This document shows positions 50,376 through 64,000 of a stretch of 64,000 nt of DNA, one piece after another. Origin of the DNA: Octopus vulgaris (Eukaryota); contig OX597825.1 of NCBI GenBank assembly GCA_951406725.2, positions 57,784,001 to 57,848,000 on the forward strand. The letters run 5' to 3'. The translations under genes and the position numbers were made by a program. Position 1 is the first letter of the stretch. Each line of letters opens with the position of its first letter. A model generated the notes under the pieces. The model was not told the origin of the DNA. It made no database searches and saw only the letters and a list, made by a program, of their open reading frames with translations.

Positions 50376-51159
50376 GCATGAGATAATAATGATGGTTTCT
50401 AATATAGGCGCAAAGTCAGTGCTTGACTAATATCGGAATAATAGAACTCTAAGTTGGCATTAACAAGATTCGAACCCAGAAAATAAAAAGCCGGTACTCT
50501 TTGTGAACTTAGTACATAAAGGGCTAGAAGAATGCTGCTAAAAAAGTTTTCTGAAATTCTAACAATTCTGTCAGTTCAAGCAAAAATTATATCTGATTCA
50601 CAGATGCGCTGAAAACTTTTCTTTTCCCGAACGATTTAAGTATTGAACTAAAGAATTTAATCTTAAAAGGAAATTAAACAGAAGAAAATCGACATTTTGT
50701 TTCTATTTGTTTGTTTTGTGCTTTCAGTGGAATTTTTGAACAAATTGAAAGATGTGTGGATGAGTGTGTATGTGTGTACGTGTATGTGTGTGTGTGTGAG
50801 TGTGTGTGTTTGTGTGTTTAGTTGCGTGTCTGTGAGGGTTAATCTTATAAATCATAGAAAAACATTAACTCAAATCTAGAACATTAAAGCTGAAATTAGA
50901 GAGAGCTTTTTTACTTTATTCTGAGAACCAATACAATTCTAGACAATAGAAATATCTATAGGATTTGTAATAAAATTTGAATATACATTTAAGCGGATTA
51001 CCCCCAGCTACGCTAACGAAGTTTTAAAACGAAATTGACGCAAATTATACTGTATAACACGATCTTTGTCCATGGGTAGCAGTTGTTATTTCCTATTTGC
51101 TTACCTTTTGAGAGTATGAAAAGGGGCTAAATGTTTCCTTCAAGCTTGCTTTTGTTACA

Positions 51160-51335
51160 TTTGTTCAAACCCCCAAAGAATCTCTCTCAATACATGGCTA
51201 TGATGATCTCCCACTACTCCTGCTTATCATCAGAAATCCACATGTTGCCAACCACTAAGGGACATGCTCAAGCGGTTATGGTTAAGCGACTGATAAGCAA
51301 ATATGTGGTACTGAGCAGAATATTTGTTATAACAA
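51160..51335 (-). mobile_element. Fragment of the (TAA)n-tailed element family
   Basis: CCACTAAGGGACATGCTCAA..GCAAATATGTGGTACTGAGCAGAATATTTG matches 57630-57790. Confidence 0.8.
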
Positions 51336-52618
51336 TATTTCTGCTTCAGGAACTCAGTGCTGAATCAGTTTGAAATGTAATGGAAAATAGGTCAGTTTCA
51401 AAACACTGATGTCCAGGTTACAAAAACATAGTTTGAAGGGAATAGTAATGATTTGCCTTGATTTCTAGATAGAAGCAAATATAAATAACATTTACTGACC
51501 AAAGATTAAATAAATAATTTTTTTGTTATATGCGAAATTGTAGATAACTATCTATAATTTCGCATGGTCCCTTTTGCCCAAATCACATCTCTCTGTTTTG
51601 CTTTCAACCGTCAACCTTTATTTATTCGAAAGTGGTTAGGGTGCTGAACTCGTGATCATAAAACTGGTTTGGATTTCTGGAGCAGGCAACGTTTTCTGTT
51701 CTTGAGGAAAAATACTTCAATACACGTCCATTCAGCTGGGAAAAGTGAGCAATCCTGCGACGGACCGGCATCCCTTCTAGGTGGAGAATTTATTCGCCAT
51801 GAAACTGAGAAACTGGCCCTTATGAGTCGACATGACTCGAGAAGATAACTTTACCTTTTTACCTTTTATCTAACCCGTGTGGAGTACATCTAGAGACACA
51901 AGCACAACGGGTCCCAACAGCCTAATCTTTTCAAACCATAAATGCAACATTTCTGGACATATTTGTTATTGTAGTTAAGACAGATTAACCCCAAAACGGG
52001 ATTACCATAATCGACAATCATATGTGAATAAATCTTTGTTATATCTTCGATATGTTGATCCAAACTTGTAGAATTAATGATGGTTTTTAACATAAGCACA
52101 AGGCCAACAATTTTAAGGGAACACAGGATAGGATACAGTCGCCCTCAATGCTGGACTGGTATTTCGTTGACTCTGGGGTGAGGGTGAGGATGTAAGGCAA
52201 ATTGGGTCCTAGAACGTTAGGAGCTGGAGCTCGTGAAATTAACAATGCATTCTAATTTGGGACAGGGCCAGCAGTTTTGAGGGGATTGTATTGACCTTAG
52301 TGCTTCATTGATACAAATTTTATCGATCTCGAAAAGATAAAAGACAAAGTCGACTTTTGCTGGATTTAAATTGTGGCTGTGTGGTAAGAAGCTTGCTTTC
52401 TAACCACATGGTTCTGGGTTCAGTCCCACTGCATGGCATCTTGGGCAACTGTCTTCTTTATAGCCTCGGGCCGACCGAAGTATTGTGAGTGGATTTGATA
52501 GATGGAAACTGAAACTCGTTGTATATGTGTATACATACATACATACATACATACATACATACATACACACATACATACATATATGTACATACATACACAC
52601 ACACGCACACACAGACAT

Positions 52619-52669
<51 letters not shown>

Positions 52670-52671
<2 letters not shown>

Positions 52672-53075
52672 CGCAGGAGTGACTGTGTGGTAAGTAGCCT
52701 ACTTCTCAACCACATGGTTCCGGTTTAAGTTCCATTGCGTGGCACGTTGGGCAAGTGCTTTCTACTACAGCTTCGGATCGACCAAAGCCTTGTGAGTGGA
52801 TTTGGTAGACGGAAACTGAAAGAAGCCCGTTGTATATGTGTGTGTGCGTGTGTGTTTGTATATTTGTGTCTGTGTTTGTCCTTCACCATCGCTTGACAAC
52901 CGATGTTGGTGTGTTTACTTCCTCGTAACCTAGCGGTTCGGCCAAGAAGCCGATAGAATAAGTACTTGGCTAAAAAGCATAAGTCCTGGGGTCGATTTGT
53001 TCGACTAAAGGCTGTGCTCCAGAATGGCCGCAGTCAAATGATTGAAACAAGTAAAAGAATAAAAGGATAAAAGAA
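52670..53075 (+). mobile_element. Full bipartite CORE-like SINE (additional head half at 52373-52520)
   Basis: GGCGCAGGAGTGACTGTGTGGTAAG head through the (TAAAAGA)n-like tail. Confidence 0.92.
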
Positions 53076-53097
53076 TTTGTGAGTGTGTGTGTGTGTG

Positions 53098-53143
<46 letters not shown>

Positions 53144-53153
53144 CGTGCGTGCG

Positions 53154-53200
<47 letters not shown>

Positions 53201-53428
53201 TTGTATCTGTGTCCTTACCTTCGTAACGTGGGAATATTCCTTGTGTTGTATGTCTTGTTTCTCTGTTTTTTACGATGTTTGAAAAAAGTTCGTTTCTATG
53301 TTTTTGTTTTTAATGTTTTCGTTGATCATTGTGTTCAAAGTTTCTTTAATTTAATGTCCTGTACCCATATATGCATGTATATATACATATATATGTAGGT
53401 ATGTACATATATGTATGTATATATTCAT

Positions 53429-53645
53429 ACTCTTTTTCTTTTACTCTTTTACTTGTTTCAGTCATTTGACTGCGGCCATGCTGGAGCACCGCCTTTAGTC
53501 GAGCAAATTGACCCCGGGACTTATTCTTTGTAAGCCCAGTACTTATTCTATCGGTCTGTTTTTGCCGAACCGCTAAGTGGCGGGGATGTAAACACACCAG
53601 CATCGGTTGTCAAGCAATGCTAGGGGGACAAACACAGACACACAA

Positions 53646-53689
<44 letters not shown>

Positions 53690-53831
53690 GACAGGCTTCT
53701 TTCAGTTTCCGTCTACCAAATCCACTCACAAGGCATTGGTCGGCCCGGGGCTATAGCAGAAGACAGTTGCCCAAGATGCCACGCAGTGGGACTGAACCCG
53801 GAACCATATGGTTGGTTACCACACAGCCACT

Positions 53832-53833
<2 letters not shown>
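53429..53833 (-). mobile_element. Bipartite CORE-like SINE, inverted relative to 52670
   Basis: Reverse-complement homology along its length. Confidence 0.92.
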
Positions 53834-53893
<60 letters not shown>

Positions 53894-53946
53894 AAGAGAG
53901 AGATTGAGGTAGGTAGAAAGATAGATAGATAGATAAATAGATAGAT

Positions 53947-53994
<48 letters not shown>

Positions 53995-53999
53995 TTTAA

Positions 54000-55530
54000 T
54001 GATACTCTCTTGAAGTTCTGCAATGACGTGTATAATCAGAATAATATAGAAATTTGGATTAAGGGCTGTATCCTCCCTTCCAGTTCAACCCCTAAAAAGG
54101 TAGACCTTGGTGTGGCAAAAGACCACAGAATAACTCATAGCTATAACTGCAAAAATTTATAAATCTATGCTGCTTAACCGCATGCGTCAAGAAATGGAAA
54201 AGATATTGAGTAAAATACCAAAATGACTTTCGAAAGGGACGATCAACTACCGGTCAAATCTTTACCATTCGCAAAATTCTTGAAAGTGTGAAAACTACAT
54301 AATCTATATGCTGTGCTGTTATTCGTTGATTTTTTTCCAAAGCCTTCTATTAGATTCATAGAGATAAAATGGAAGAAATGCTTACTATCTTATAATATGC
54401 GAAATGAAAAATTAAAAACCATTGCGATGATCTACAAAAACACTCATTTAGTGGAACGATTTTCAGATGGCAATAGAAAATTCTTTGAAATCGTTGCAGG
54501 AGTGCTGCTAGGTGATACTTTAGCACTGTATACCCTCATCATTTTCTTGGAATACGTTCTCGGAACTTCTGTCGGTACCGTGAAATAGATTCACACTACA
54601 TCCGCGAAGAAATAATAGATATCATGCCACAAAAATCACGGATGCAGATTATGCTGGTTATACTGTGCGAACTAATAAATAAGTAGATACCTTTCTCCAT
54701 TAATTTTGAACATTCAGTCAAACGCATCGGTCTCCATGTTAACTCAGACAAAACAGAATACGTATGCTTTAATCAAAACGGAACAATCAAAACAATATCT
54801 GGCACAGCTCCCAAATGTGTAGAATTTATTTATCGAAGTTGTAAAATATCTTGCTGTGAAAGCGATGTAAACGCATGCATTGGTAAGTCAAAGGCTGCCG
54901 TCGACAAGTTATCTCTAGTGTGGAAATCTAGACTTCCAGACAATATAAAAAGGAACCACCTTCAAGCAGCTGTTCTATTGTATGGCTGCTTAGCATGGAT
55001 CCTTATCTACAAATTGGAAAGAAGATTGGATGGAGCCTACATTCGCAAGCTAATAAAAAAAAATCAATAATAAATGCGCCCTTTTAAAGCCTAGCCAGGC
55101 TCATGGGCCCGGTTTCCCGGTTTCAATGGCGTATGTGTTCCCCAGCTGGATGGGACGCCAGTCCATCGCAGCGTTACTCATTTTTGCCAGCAGAGTGGAC
55201 TGGAGCAACGTGAAATGAAGTGTTTTGCTCAAGAACACAACACGTCGCTCGGTCCAGGAATCGAAACCACTATCTTACGATCATGATGCTGACACCCTAA
55301 CCACTAAGCCACGCGCCTCCACACTCGCATGCTAATAGCGGATTTGAATGTCACCTGGAGAGACCATCTGACCAATAAGCGATTTTATGGGAATCTTCGT
55401 CCAGTATCAAACATCATTAAAGAATGTAGAGTCAGATACGCTGGGCATTACTGGAGAACTAAAGACGAAATTGCCAGTGAAATTCTTTTGTGAGAACCCA
55501 CAAAAAGAAAGGAAAAGCTAATAGGAGACG
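54000..55530 (+). mobile_element. Decayed RTE/RTEX-like LINE RT region, interrupted by a SINE
   Basis: QNDFRKGRSTTGQIFTIRKILE, LLFVDF, FEIVAGVLLGDTLALY, KITDADYA and RVRYAGHYWR in broken frames. Confidence 0.88.
55056..55320 (-). mobile_element. tRNA SINE (47129 family) with 17-bp TSD
   Basis: ACATTCGCAAGCTAATA (55039-55055) and ACACTCGCATGCTAATA (55321-55337). Confidence 0.93.
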
Positions 55531-55594
55531 GCATGACACACAGATACACATGTATATATATGTCTCTGTGTGTGTACATATGAATATGTGTATG

Positions 55595-55720
<126 letters not shown>

Positions 55721-55734
55721 ATATGTATATGTGT

Positions 55735-56116
55735 GGAGGCGCAATGGCCCAGTGGTTAGGGCAGCGGACTCGCGGTCATAAGAGCGCGGTTTCGATTCCC
55801 AGACCGGGCGTTGTGAGTGTTTATTGAGCAAAAACACCTAAAAGCTCCACGAGGCTCCGGCAGGGGATGGTGGTGATCCCTGCTGTACTCTTTCACCACA
55901 ACTTTCTCTCACTCTTACTTCCTGTTTCTGTTGTACCTGTATTTCAAAGGGCCGGTTTGGCACTCTCTGTGTCACGCTGAATATCCCCGAGAACTACGTT
56001 AAGGGTGCACGTGTCTGTGGAGTGCTCAGCCACTTACACGTTAATTTCACGAGCAGGCTGTTCCGTTGATTCGGATCAACCGGAACCCTCGTCGTCGTAA
56101 CCGACGGAGTGCTCCT
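55735..56116 (+). mobile_element. Full-length tRNA-derived SINE (possibly octopus OR-type)
   Basis: GGAGGCGCAATGGCCCAGTGGTTAGGGCAGCGGACTCGCGG..GGTTTCGATTCCC with pol III A and B boxes; TGTATATGTATAT on both flanks. Confidence 0.9.
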
Positions 56117-56626
56117 GATGTATATGTATATATGTATACAATATTATACATGTATGTATGAATGAATGTTTGTATGCAAATGTTTCAATATGTATACATA
56201 CATGTGTTTGTAAATAAAGAAAAGAATGTATTTGTATTTATGCGCGTGTATGTTAGTGTATGTATATGCGTTTGTGGACGAGTATATAAGTATGTATTTG
56301 CACCAAACGAAAAGAAAATATTTGTAATATATTTCAGAAATTAATTAAGTTTCGACGAAAAGGGATTTGCGCTACAAATTGACGTCAAATGTTTCTTAAA
56401 ATAATCAGTTCCGTCTTATAAATTAGGCCGTCTTATTAATAGAATATTCATACATCTAAAAATTGTAAGATCGGATGTGTTTGTGTGTGTGTATGTGTGT
56501 GTGTGTGTTATTTATGTGTACATAAAACTAAAAAGGATAGTGAGAGAGAGAAAGGAAAGAAACGGCCGTCGAAGGTGGAAAGAAATGTAACTTGAGTGTG
56601 AGCTAGCAAGCTAGATAGATAGATGG

Positions 56627-56707
<81 letters not shown>

Positions 56708-57275
56708 TATAGATAGATAGATAGATAGATAGATAGAGAAAGGATACAAGCCAGAGAAAGGATACAATGGGGAATATGGTACTGTGGAAAGAGAGAAAGG
56801 GGCAAGGAAAAAAAGAAAAGAAAAGAAAGGGAGTTGTACTGAAAGAAATAAAGAGATAGAAAAAGTGACAAACTGCTGTTGATAGATAAGTGTATATGTG
56901 ATTATAAATGCGATGAGAAATTAAGAGAAATACAGAACAAATAGAAAAAAAGAAGAGAAATCGCTGCATAGACTAATAAGGAAAATAGCTATGCTGAGCA
57001 GACGACATATTGTAATTATGTGACGTAATTGTAAGACTAGACGATATACCATGCTGCACGTTACCAGTAGATTTATATACTCGTAAGTACTGACGTCGTT
57101 TAGCCTGAGGTCATCCCAGGCTGAACAGCCGTTATTAATTCGAAGCTATTACATGCTAATTCAATTAGCAGGAATGCTATCTTGAAGTTTGGTGACAAGT
57201 CTCCTCAGATCTCAAGAAACTTTCTTGGTGTTCTTGGAGAAAACAGAATAGCGATCATGATTATTATTATTATTA

Positions 57276-57336
<61 letters not shown>

Positions 57337-57337
<1 letters not shown>

Positions 57338-57896
57338 GAGTGAGAGAGCAGCGCATGCCATCAAAGTGACACTGGGGCAAAATATACGAAGCCCAGTATA
57401 CTCATCATGACTATCCGTATAATAAGGGTACACCAGGCACATGCATTGCCACCATATGTGCATGACATAGTGATCTCAAATCAAGATAAACAACGCTTGA
57501 CTTTGCAGATGGGGCCCAGATGGAATTTTCTCCAGGTTGAGTAGCCCATCCCCTTCAAAAGAACCCTGAATAAGTGTTGTTTAAGGATGATGAACAAAAC
57601 ACCTTTGTTTCCAAATGTGAATTATCTAAACACCAAATAATCCCTCTCAACACATGCCTATGATGCTCCCCAAATACTTCTGCTAGTGCTCAGAGATGCA
57701 CATATCGTCAGCCACTAAGGGTCATGCTCGACTGGTTACGGTCAAGCAACTGACAAGCAAATCTGTGGTATTGAGCAGAATATTTGCTGTGGCCCATCTT
57801 TTATACCAAGACAAAAGAACGTACAAGATAACACTTCTAATCAGTTAAGATCAGAAGCCATCAGAGCCACTTCCTGGTGCTGTATCAGGGCATTTA
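57337..57896 (-). mobile_element. Apparently complete ~560-bp (TAA)n-tailed non-coding element
   Basis: Homologous to 7225-7762; 3' (TAA)n at 57260-57336; 5' flank is a (TGA)n-like tract. Confidence 0.85.
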
Positions 57897-58802
57897 TCAT
57901 CATGATCATCATCATGATCATCATCAACCAAAGTTTGAGGAATATACCAATAGTTTTTTGTTTTGAAACAAGAACTGGATTCTATTTGGAAATTTGCCTT
58001 ACAACGTTCATTGTTAACAAACGCTATGAAAGAGTATCTAACAATATTCATGTCTCGTAGTATTGCTATGTATTGAAACGTACCTGAGGCCAATCTTATG
58101 AGTAATCTGTCCGTGCCTTTAGAGAAATTATTGTGTATCATTCCAGAATAATCAATTACAATCGATTTCCTTAATGTTTTTAATCTAAAAATCGAAATTG
58201 CTAAAATAGCTCTCGTCTATTAACCTACACGACATCCAATCGTATATTTCTGTGGCTTAAATACAAGAAATAGATTAATTAAACAATCAAGTAATCGCTC
58301 AGTCAATCAGTTAACTCAGTTAATCAATAATGTATATTTCCATATGTCCTTGACGGCAAATTTTAGTTCCAGAAATATCTCTAGGATAGGTAGGAAGGAC
58401 ACTTCATGGAAATAGTCCTACAGTTTGGTGGGGAAATCTTGGTGAGTGATGACTTAGTGTATAAGGACTATGCAGGATTTCCTTAAGATAAATATAGACT
58501 GCAGTGGAGTGGAGTGGAGTGGCTTCCTTTTACCAAGTTTTCAGGTCTCTTAGTAGAATTTGATCTTCAGATACGAAAAACATTTGCCGTCACAGCAGGA
58601 AGAATGTTGTTTATATAAACAAAACTTTCTTTATCATCCTCATTGCAATAGATTTTTTAAAGAGGAAAATAAACAAAATAATAAACTGTGGTTAATGTTG
58701 CAGTTTACTCACACACACACACACATATATTCATATATGATATATGTATGTATACATACATACATCAATATCTGTTTATCTACTTATATATGTGTGTGCA
58801 TG

Positions 58803-58837
<35 letters not shown>

Positions 58838-59519
58838 ATCTTTTAAATTTGTTTACGGAAACGTTTTCAATATGCAAATAAAGCTCCTCTTCCAATATGC
58901 CGGCCATAGTCTCATGATGCTGACTGGTGAACCAGTTTTTTGAGAGTTGCATTGAGCTGTACCGACATAATGTAGGATAAACATAGTGATAATAACAATA
59001 ATCATTGGATGGAATTTTTATATACTTAAAGCATCGCTACGCATCACACTTAAAGCATATATACTTAAAGCATCGCTACGCATCACACGCCTCTTAAGAT
59101 CACAGTCCGTATTCCTGGGATGATTACGGTATAGTCCGTAGTATATGTGGGCATCAGGTTGATCATCTTCATGGATTTATTTCTTCAGGCGATATGACAT
59201 AAATTGTTATTTAACAGATGGATATTTATCCCCTTTGACCAGTGCCAACATTCACATACTTTCGTCGGGTGTAGCCTTCCAATAATAGATTGTGTTTGTA
59301 ATTTGCATATTAGGCTGTCTCTTTCCTTGTACGAAAATTATAACTTTTCCAGATTGTCGCTTTAACATTTATTAACATAACTAAGATCACCGATAATTAC
59401 TGGTATATAATGTGAATTTATAATCAAAATAGAGGAGTAGTAGGTTTTGAAGCGATTGTCCATAAGCGTCCTTCTTCTCGGGGGTTTTGGAATAGATGTT
59501 CAGATCTATAAAGAAGATT

Positions 59520-59794
59520 GTTGTTTGTTCCTTCTCGAGTCACGCTTGGCTCATAAGGGACGGTTTCCCAGTTTCCTTGGCGTATAGGTTCCCCACCTGG
59601 ACGGACGCCGGTCCGCCGCAGATGAGCTGCAAGATGCAGGAGGAAAGAGTGAGAAAAGGTTGTGGCGAAAGTGTCAGCAGAAGTTCGCCATTAACTTCTG
59701 CCGGAGCTGCGTTGAGCTTAGGTGTTTCGCTCTGAAACACACACATCCCTCGACCGCGAGTCCGCTACTCTAACCACAAGGCCATGACCTCCAC
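59520..59794 (-). mobile_element. Chimeric SINE (head of the 55735 family, tail of the 47129 family) with 12-bp TSD
   Basis: ATAAAGAAGATT at 59508-59519 and 59795-59806. Confidence 0.85.
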
Positions 59795-60179
59795 ATAAAG
59801 AAGATTACCTGGACCATATTACCGACAAATAGAAAGACAGACAGACTGACAACTGGATGCGAAGCGGTTAAAACGAGATCTACTGCATCAAATACACAAG
59901 AAAATAAATGCTAAGGATTCGAACTCAAGCCACCAAGAGATAGCGGTAGGAAGCCTTATCAAGTCGGCTACATGGCATCAAGGTGATGTAAAGTGGGTTG
60001 TGGGGAAATCCTGATACGTGACACAGTCTTTAATGTTGTCTGGCGCTGTTATATTCGATGGTTTCCTGATCATATTCTCTTTTTAGTCGGTGTGTATGTG
60101 TGTGTGGTTAGTGAACAAACGGATATTTGTTAATCTCGAAAGATGGGGAGATCGATACATCGAATCTGTTCGTTACACT

Positions 60180-60266
60180 AACACAACTTCCATCAGTACC
60201 AACAACAACACCACCACCGCCACCGCCACCGCCACCACCACCACCACCACCACCACCACCACCAAT

Positions 60267-60308
<42 letters not shown>

Positions 60309-60625
60309 AGCCGACATCCTCCTCTCCATCTTTATCATTATCACTGCCATTAGTAACCATACCACTACCGCCAATACCACAGCCACCATTTGCATTACCA
60401 CCCTTCACTGCCACCACTACTATCCCGCATAATCACCACTAACGTCTAATGTAGACGTGCCAACCACTACCTACCACTACCACCACCTCCTCCACTACCT
60501 CCACTGCTACTACTTTGATAGCAACTGTTACTACGACCGCAGCCATTAGCACATTCACCATCACTACACTACCACTGTCGTCACCTCGATTACGTCACAG
60601 TAGTTGCTACTATCACTATACTACT
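60180..60625. repeat. (ACC)n/(ACT)n compound and degenerate trinucleotide region
   Basis: Direct observation. Confidence 0.9.
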
Positions 60626-60773
60626 TTCTCTCCCTCTCTGACCCCTCTCTCTTGATAATTAGGACGCATTCGATATTGTGCTTCACAGCCTTAAATTAAG
60701 AAAAAAGCATGATAGTCACGTCTGGAACATCTTTGACTATATGTTTGCATAGTCAAGGCCGACATGGAGCTAA

Positions 60774-60804
<31 letters not shown>

Positions 60805-60935
60805 GCAACAATACTACCACCAACACCAATAACAACAAGAACTACAAGAACAACAACTACAGCAACAACAATGACAATGACGACTAATGTTACCTTGTTT
60901 TGGGGAGAAACACCACCGTTTGTAGCAGTTTTTCT

Positions 60936-61001
<66 letters not shown>

Positions 61002-61129
61002 GCGTGTGTGTGCGTGCGTGTGTGTGTGTGTGTATATGCAGAGATACACACACACGCACGCATCTTGCGGTATCGGAAAGAAATGTAGCATTTTATGTAA
61101 TGAGTTCAAATCAGCATAAAACATCGTGA

Positions 61130-62110
61130 ATACTTTTATTCATTCAAAATATAATCGCCATCTTTAGCAGTCGCATTTTCCCAATTTGAAAGTCTTTCTG
61201 ACTCCTTGGGAAGAAAAAAAAATCCGGTTCTTTAGAAAAGAAAAGTGTTCGAAGTACCGTTTCTGAATATTTTTAAACTAGTAAAGTTTCCAAGTCACAC
61301 GAAAAGTGAAAATCTGACGCTGATAGGTGTGGTGAGTAGAGAAGATAAGGTTGAGTTTCTTAGCCTAATGAATTTACCTTTTCGTGGGTCATCTTCGCTG
61401 AATGTGGTCTTGCATTATCATGTTGCAGGATAAATAGCTCATTTTTCTGTTGAATAGAATCGGTTATTTTATGGATAAAACTTAACTGACACTTTGAAGT
61501 TATTGACAATAGAATTCTGCAGTGTTGCTTTTCCTTTGTTCCAATAATTTGAAATGAACAATACCTACTGCGTCTCACAAAAAGCTTAGCAAATCTTCTT
61601 TGGGTCTAGATCTAGTTTGGATGCTGGAACTGAATTTTCATCAGGTGATAACCACTGTTTCTTGCGCTTGATGTAGGTATAGGCTATACTTTTCTCATCA
61701 TCTACAGTTCGATTAAGTAAAAGTATTTGTTTATTTTTGATTAACAAATTGATGCAAATTATTGATTGCACTGCTTTATTTTCTGGGAAGAATTTAATAA
61801 ATACTCAAAGCTCTTCTATATACACTCTTCTAATCTGCTTGAGATAATTTTGGAAAACGGACCAAGGTTTATTAAGCCACCGGTTAAGTCCCTGATAAGT
61901 CTCCGATAAGTCCGTAATGCTTTGAGACAAATTCTCTTCAATTGCTGTTTTTCCTGTGTCATAGATGAGAACATTTGGTCTTCCTCATCGATATCCTTCG
62001 AAGAGATTGACACCACCATTTTTGAATTTGTTAAATTGCCTTTTTATGTTTCCGAAAACTCACGCTATCAAGACATACATCACACATATTTTCTCTTGGA
62101 CGTGTTGCTT
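61130..62110 (-). mobile_element. Heavily decayed mariner remnant
   Basis: LQHDNARPHSAKMT and TVDDEKSIAY..KRKKQWLSPDE peptides; TIRs not resolved. Confidence 0.75.
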
Positions 62111-62340
62111 TGTTGTTACTAAATTCGTAAAGTATGCAACGCTGAACAAGCAACGCATTATAATCCTTGACTTCTATGAGCTATAGGAGCGTATACACCT
62201 ACAGTGCGTGTTCATACTAACGTTTGGTCTATCACTGTGTACGGATTGATTGATTGCGAGGACATTTTTTATTGACTTGTAAACTATTTGCGGTATAGCG
62301 TCAGACCATTTGCTTGATAATTATCATTATCTTTAGGCCA

Positions 62341-63015
62341 CAGGGTGCGATGAATATTTTGTCGTCTAAATTACGCAAAAATGAAAATAACACTGACATC
62401 TCATTTTAACAGATATATTTTCCAAAATTACATAACAATATCTTGAAATATTAGAGAGTAAATTTATTCAATAAAATTGCCATTGGCTTCAATACGGCCT
62501 CCAGACAACTTAAGAATCTCCTGCAACTCTTCTAGGAGACCTCCTTGTATAAGTTGGTGAATGCTGCCATAATCCTTGCCTTCAGTTCATCTTTGGTGTT
62601 ACAAGGAGTTTTGTTGATCTCTCGTTCAACTGCGTCCCACACATAATAATCAAAGGGGCTGCAATCTGGGGAGTTAGGTGGCCAGATGTTAGGGGTGATG
62701 TGATCACAGAAATTGTCTGACAGCCATGACTGGGTTCTCCTGCTTATGTGGCATGGTGCAGAGTCCTGTTGCCAAACATAGGGTCTTCCAGCGGCCATCC
62801 TCTTGACCCAGGGCGGCACTACTTCCTCCAGGCATTTGATGTAGGCCTCCGTGTTGAGTCTGAGGCCATATGGGAACATAAATGGGGGCATAACGTCGCC
62901 ATCATTAGTGATCACACCAAACACCATGGTGTTGACTGGATATTTGGTTTTTATCACTCTCGGTACATGCTTTGGAGACACGACAAAGCAACGGTTGCTC
63001 TGTGTGTTCACCATC
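62341..63015 (-). mobile_element. 3' half of a maT (DD37D) transposon
   Basis: WQQD followed by exactly 37 residues then DYYVW (WPPNSPDCSPFDY); probable terminus CAGGGTG at 62341. Confidence 0.9.
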
Positions 63016-63496
63016 TGTTCGTATTCGAGTTGCCGGCACGAATGTCAAGCAGTACAGCATATCGTTTCCAAATTTCTGGCAGAGTGAATTGCGTCATGGT
63101 GCTTTTTTTCTCACATACAGTGCCCATCTGACCCTCCAATACTGTGCGCATGTAAGAAATATTTCTCTACCTACTTTAGGAACGTATGAAATATAACGTG
63201 AATTTAATAACAATCAATATGCTTACCTCATCTCTCTGTGGTGCGACAAAGCCCCTGTCTACTGCGTTACCAAAATATATTGTTTACGGAACTAACAAAC
63301 CGATCCCTCATTCCCCGGAGACTGCACTGTAGATGCATTAGTTTTAAATGTGAGAGAGGAGCTAACGAATGTTTTGCTATTTAGTTTCGTGGGGACGGGC
63401 TGGTTCTAGTAGGAATTTCTATCTTGCTGTGAATGTTGAGGAAACTTGTCTAGTGAGGGACTATGAAAAAATAAAAGAAGTGTGTGTGTGTTTGTT

Positions 63497-63625
<129 letters not shown>

Positions 63626-63699
63626 AGTTATGCGTATATTATTGTTTGCAGTTGAATGTTATTAGGGCGTTGAAAGAATTGAGCTGTGTGGGGTGAGAG

Positions 63700-63900
63700 A
63701 GGAACGTGAAAGATGCAAAGGAAAATAATATGTTTGTGTGAAAATTATACATATTTATAGATATATATAAAAAGACAGGAGAGAACGAGGTGTGTGTGAG
63801 TAAACTGAAAAAAATGATAAACAGCCTTAATCGATTTTCGACCCTTGTTGAAGTCTCATCTGGGGTATCAACATCACTTGACCAATCCCAGGGAAACAAT
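63700..63900 (-). mobile_element. Probable PLE terminal remnant with a degenerate hammerhead (63825-63865)
   Basis: Minus strand CAGATGA GAC..GTC GAA AATCGATT A: palindromic stem III, U4-to-A core change, weak stem I. Confidence 0.5.
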
Positions 63901-64000
63901 ATGCCAATCCATCTAGCTTCAAATCTAGCTGCTCCAGTTCACTGCAGCTAGTAAATTGCAAACTATGTTTACACACATGTAAATACACACATACATTCAT

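Noticed and set aside
55735-55810. tRNA gene
   Set aside because: The tRNA-like sequence continues into a repeat body with flanking duplication and has several diverged copies in the window, so it is a SINE head.
59019-59088. 31-bp direct duplication
   Set aside because: A simple local tandem duplication or repair scar with no further structure.
60127-60432. Poly-Pro/poly-Thr mucin- or formin-like ORF
   Set aside because: It derives from an (ACC)n/(ACT)n microsatellite that is open in several frames and on both strands.

Overview
AT-rich, microsatellite-saturated animal genomic DNA with no supportable host protein-coding gene. It is most likely intronic or intergenic octopus (coleoid cephalopod) sequence, inferred from the SINE families and repeat landscape. 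Nearly all ORF-track entries are translations of simple repeats. Real content: several tRNA-derived SINE families, three full-length decayed mariner (DD34D) transposons plus a fourth remnant, two maT (DD37D) fragments, R4/Dong-like and RTE-like LINE fragments, a 678-bp TIR element with an 8-bp TSD, and many Penelope-like element (PLE) pieces in (TA)n arrays, including a Neptune-type GIY-YIG ORF. The strongest signal is a set of at least seven minimal hammerhead-ribozyme loci, most with non-canonical cores, at PLE-like termini. One locus is a perfect 87-bp-arm palindrome carrying two back-to-back hammerheads. Also notable: a possible circularly permuted hammerhead, two large non-coding fold-back structures, an RFX X-box cluster beside an 8-copy TCATTCAA-type motif array, and a tRNA-less (TAA)n-tailed retroposon family. 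All alignments and folds were done by eye; boundaries of degenerate repeats are approximate.
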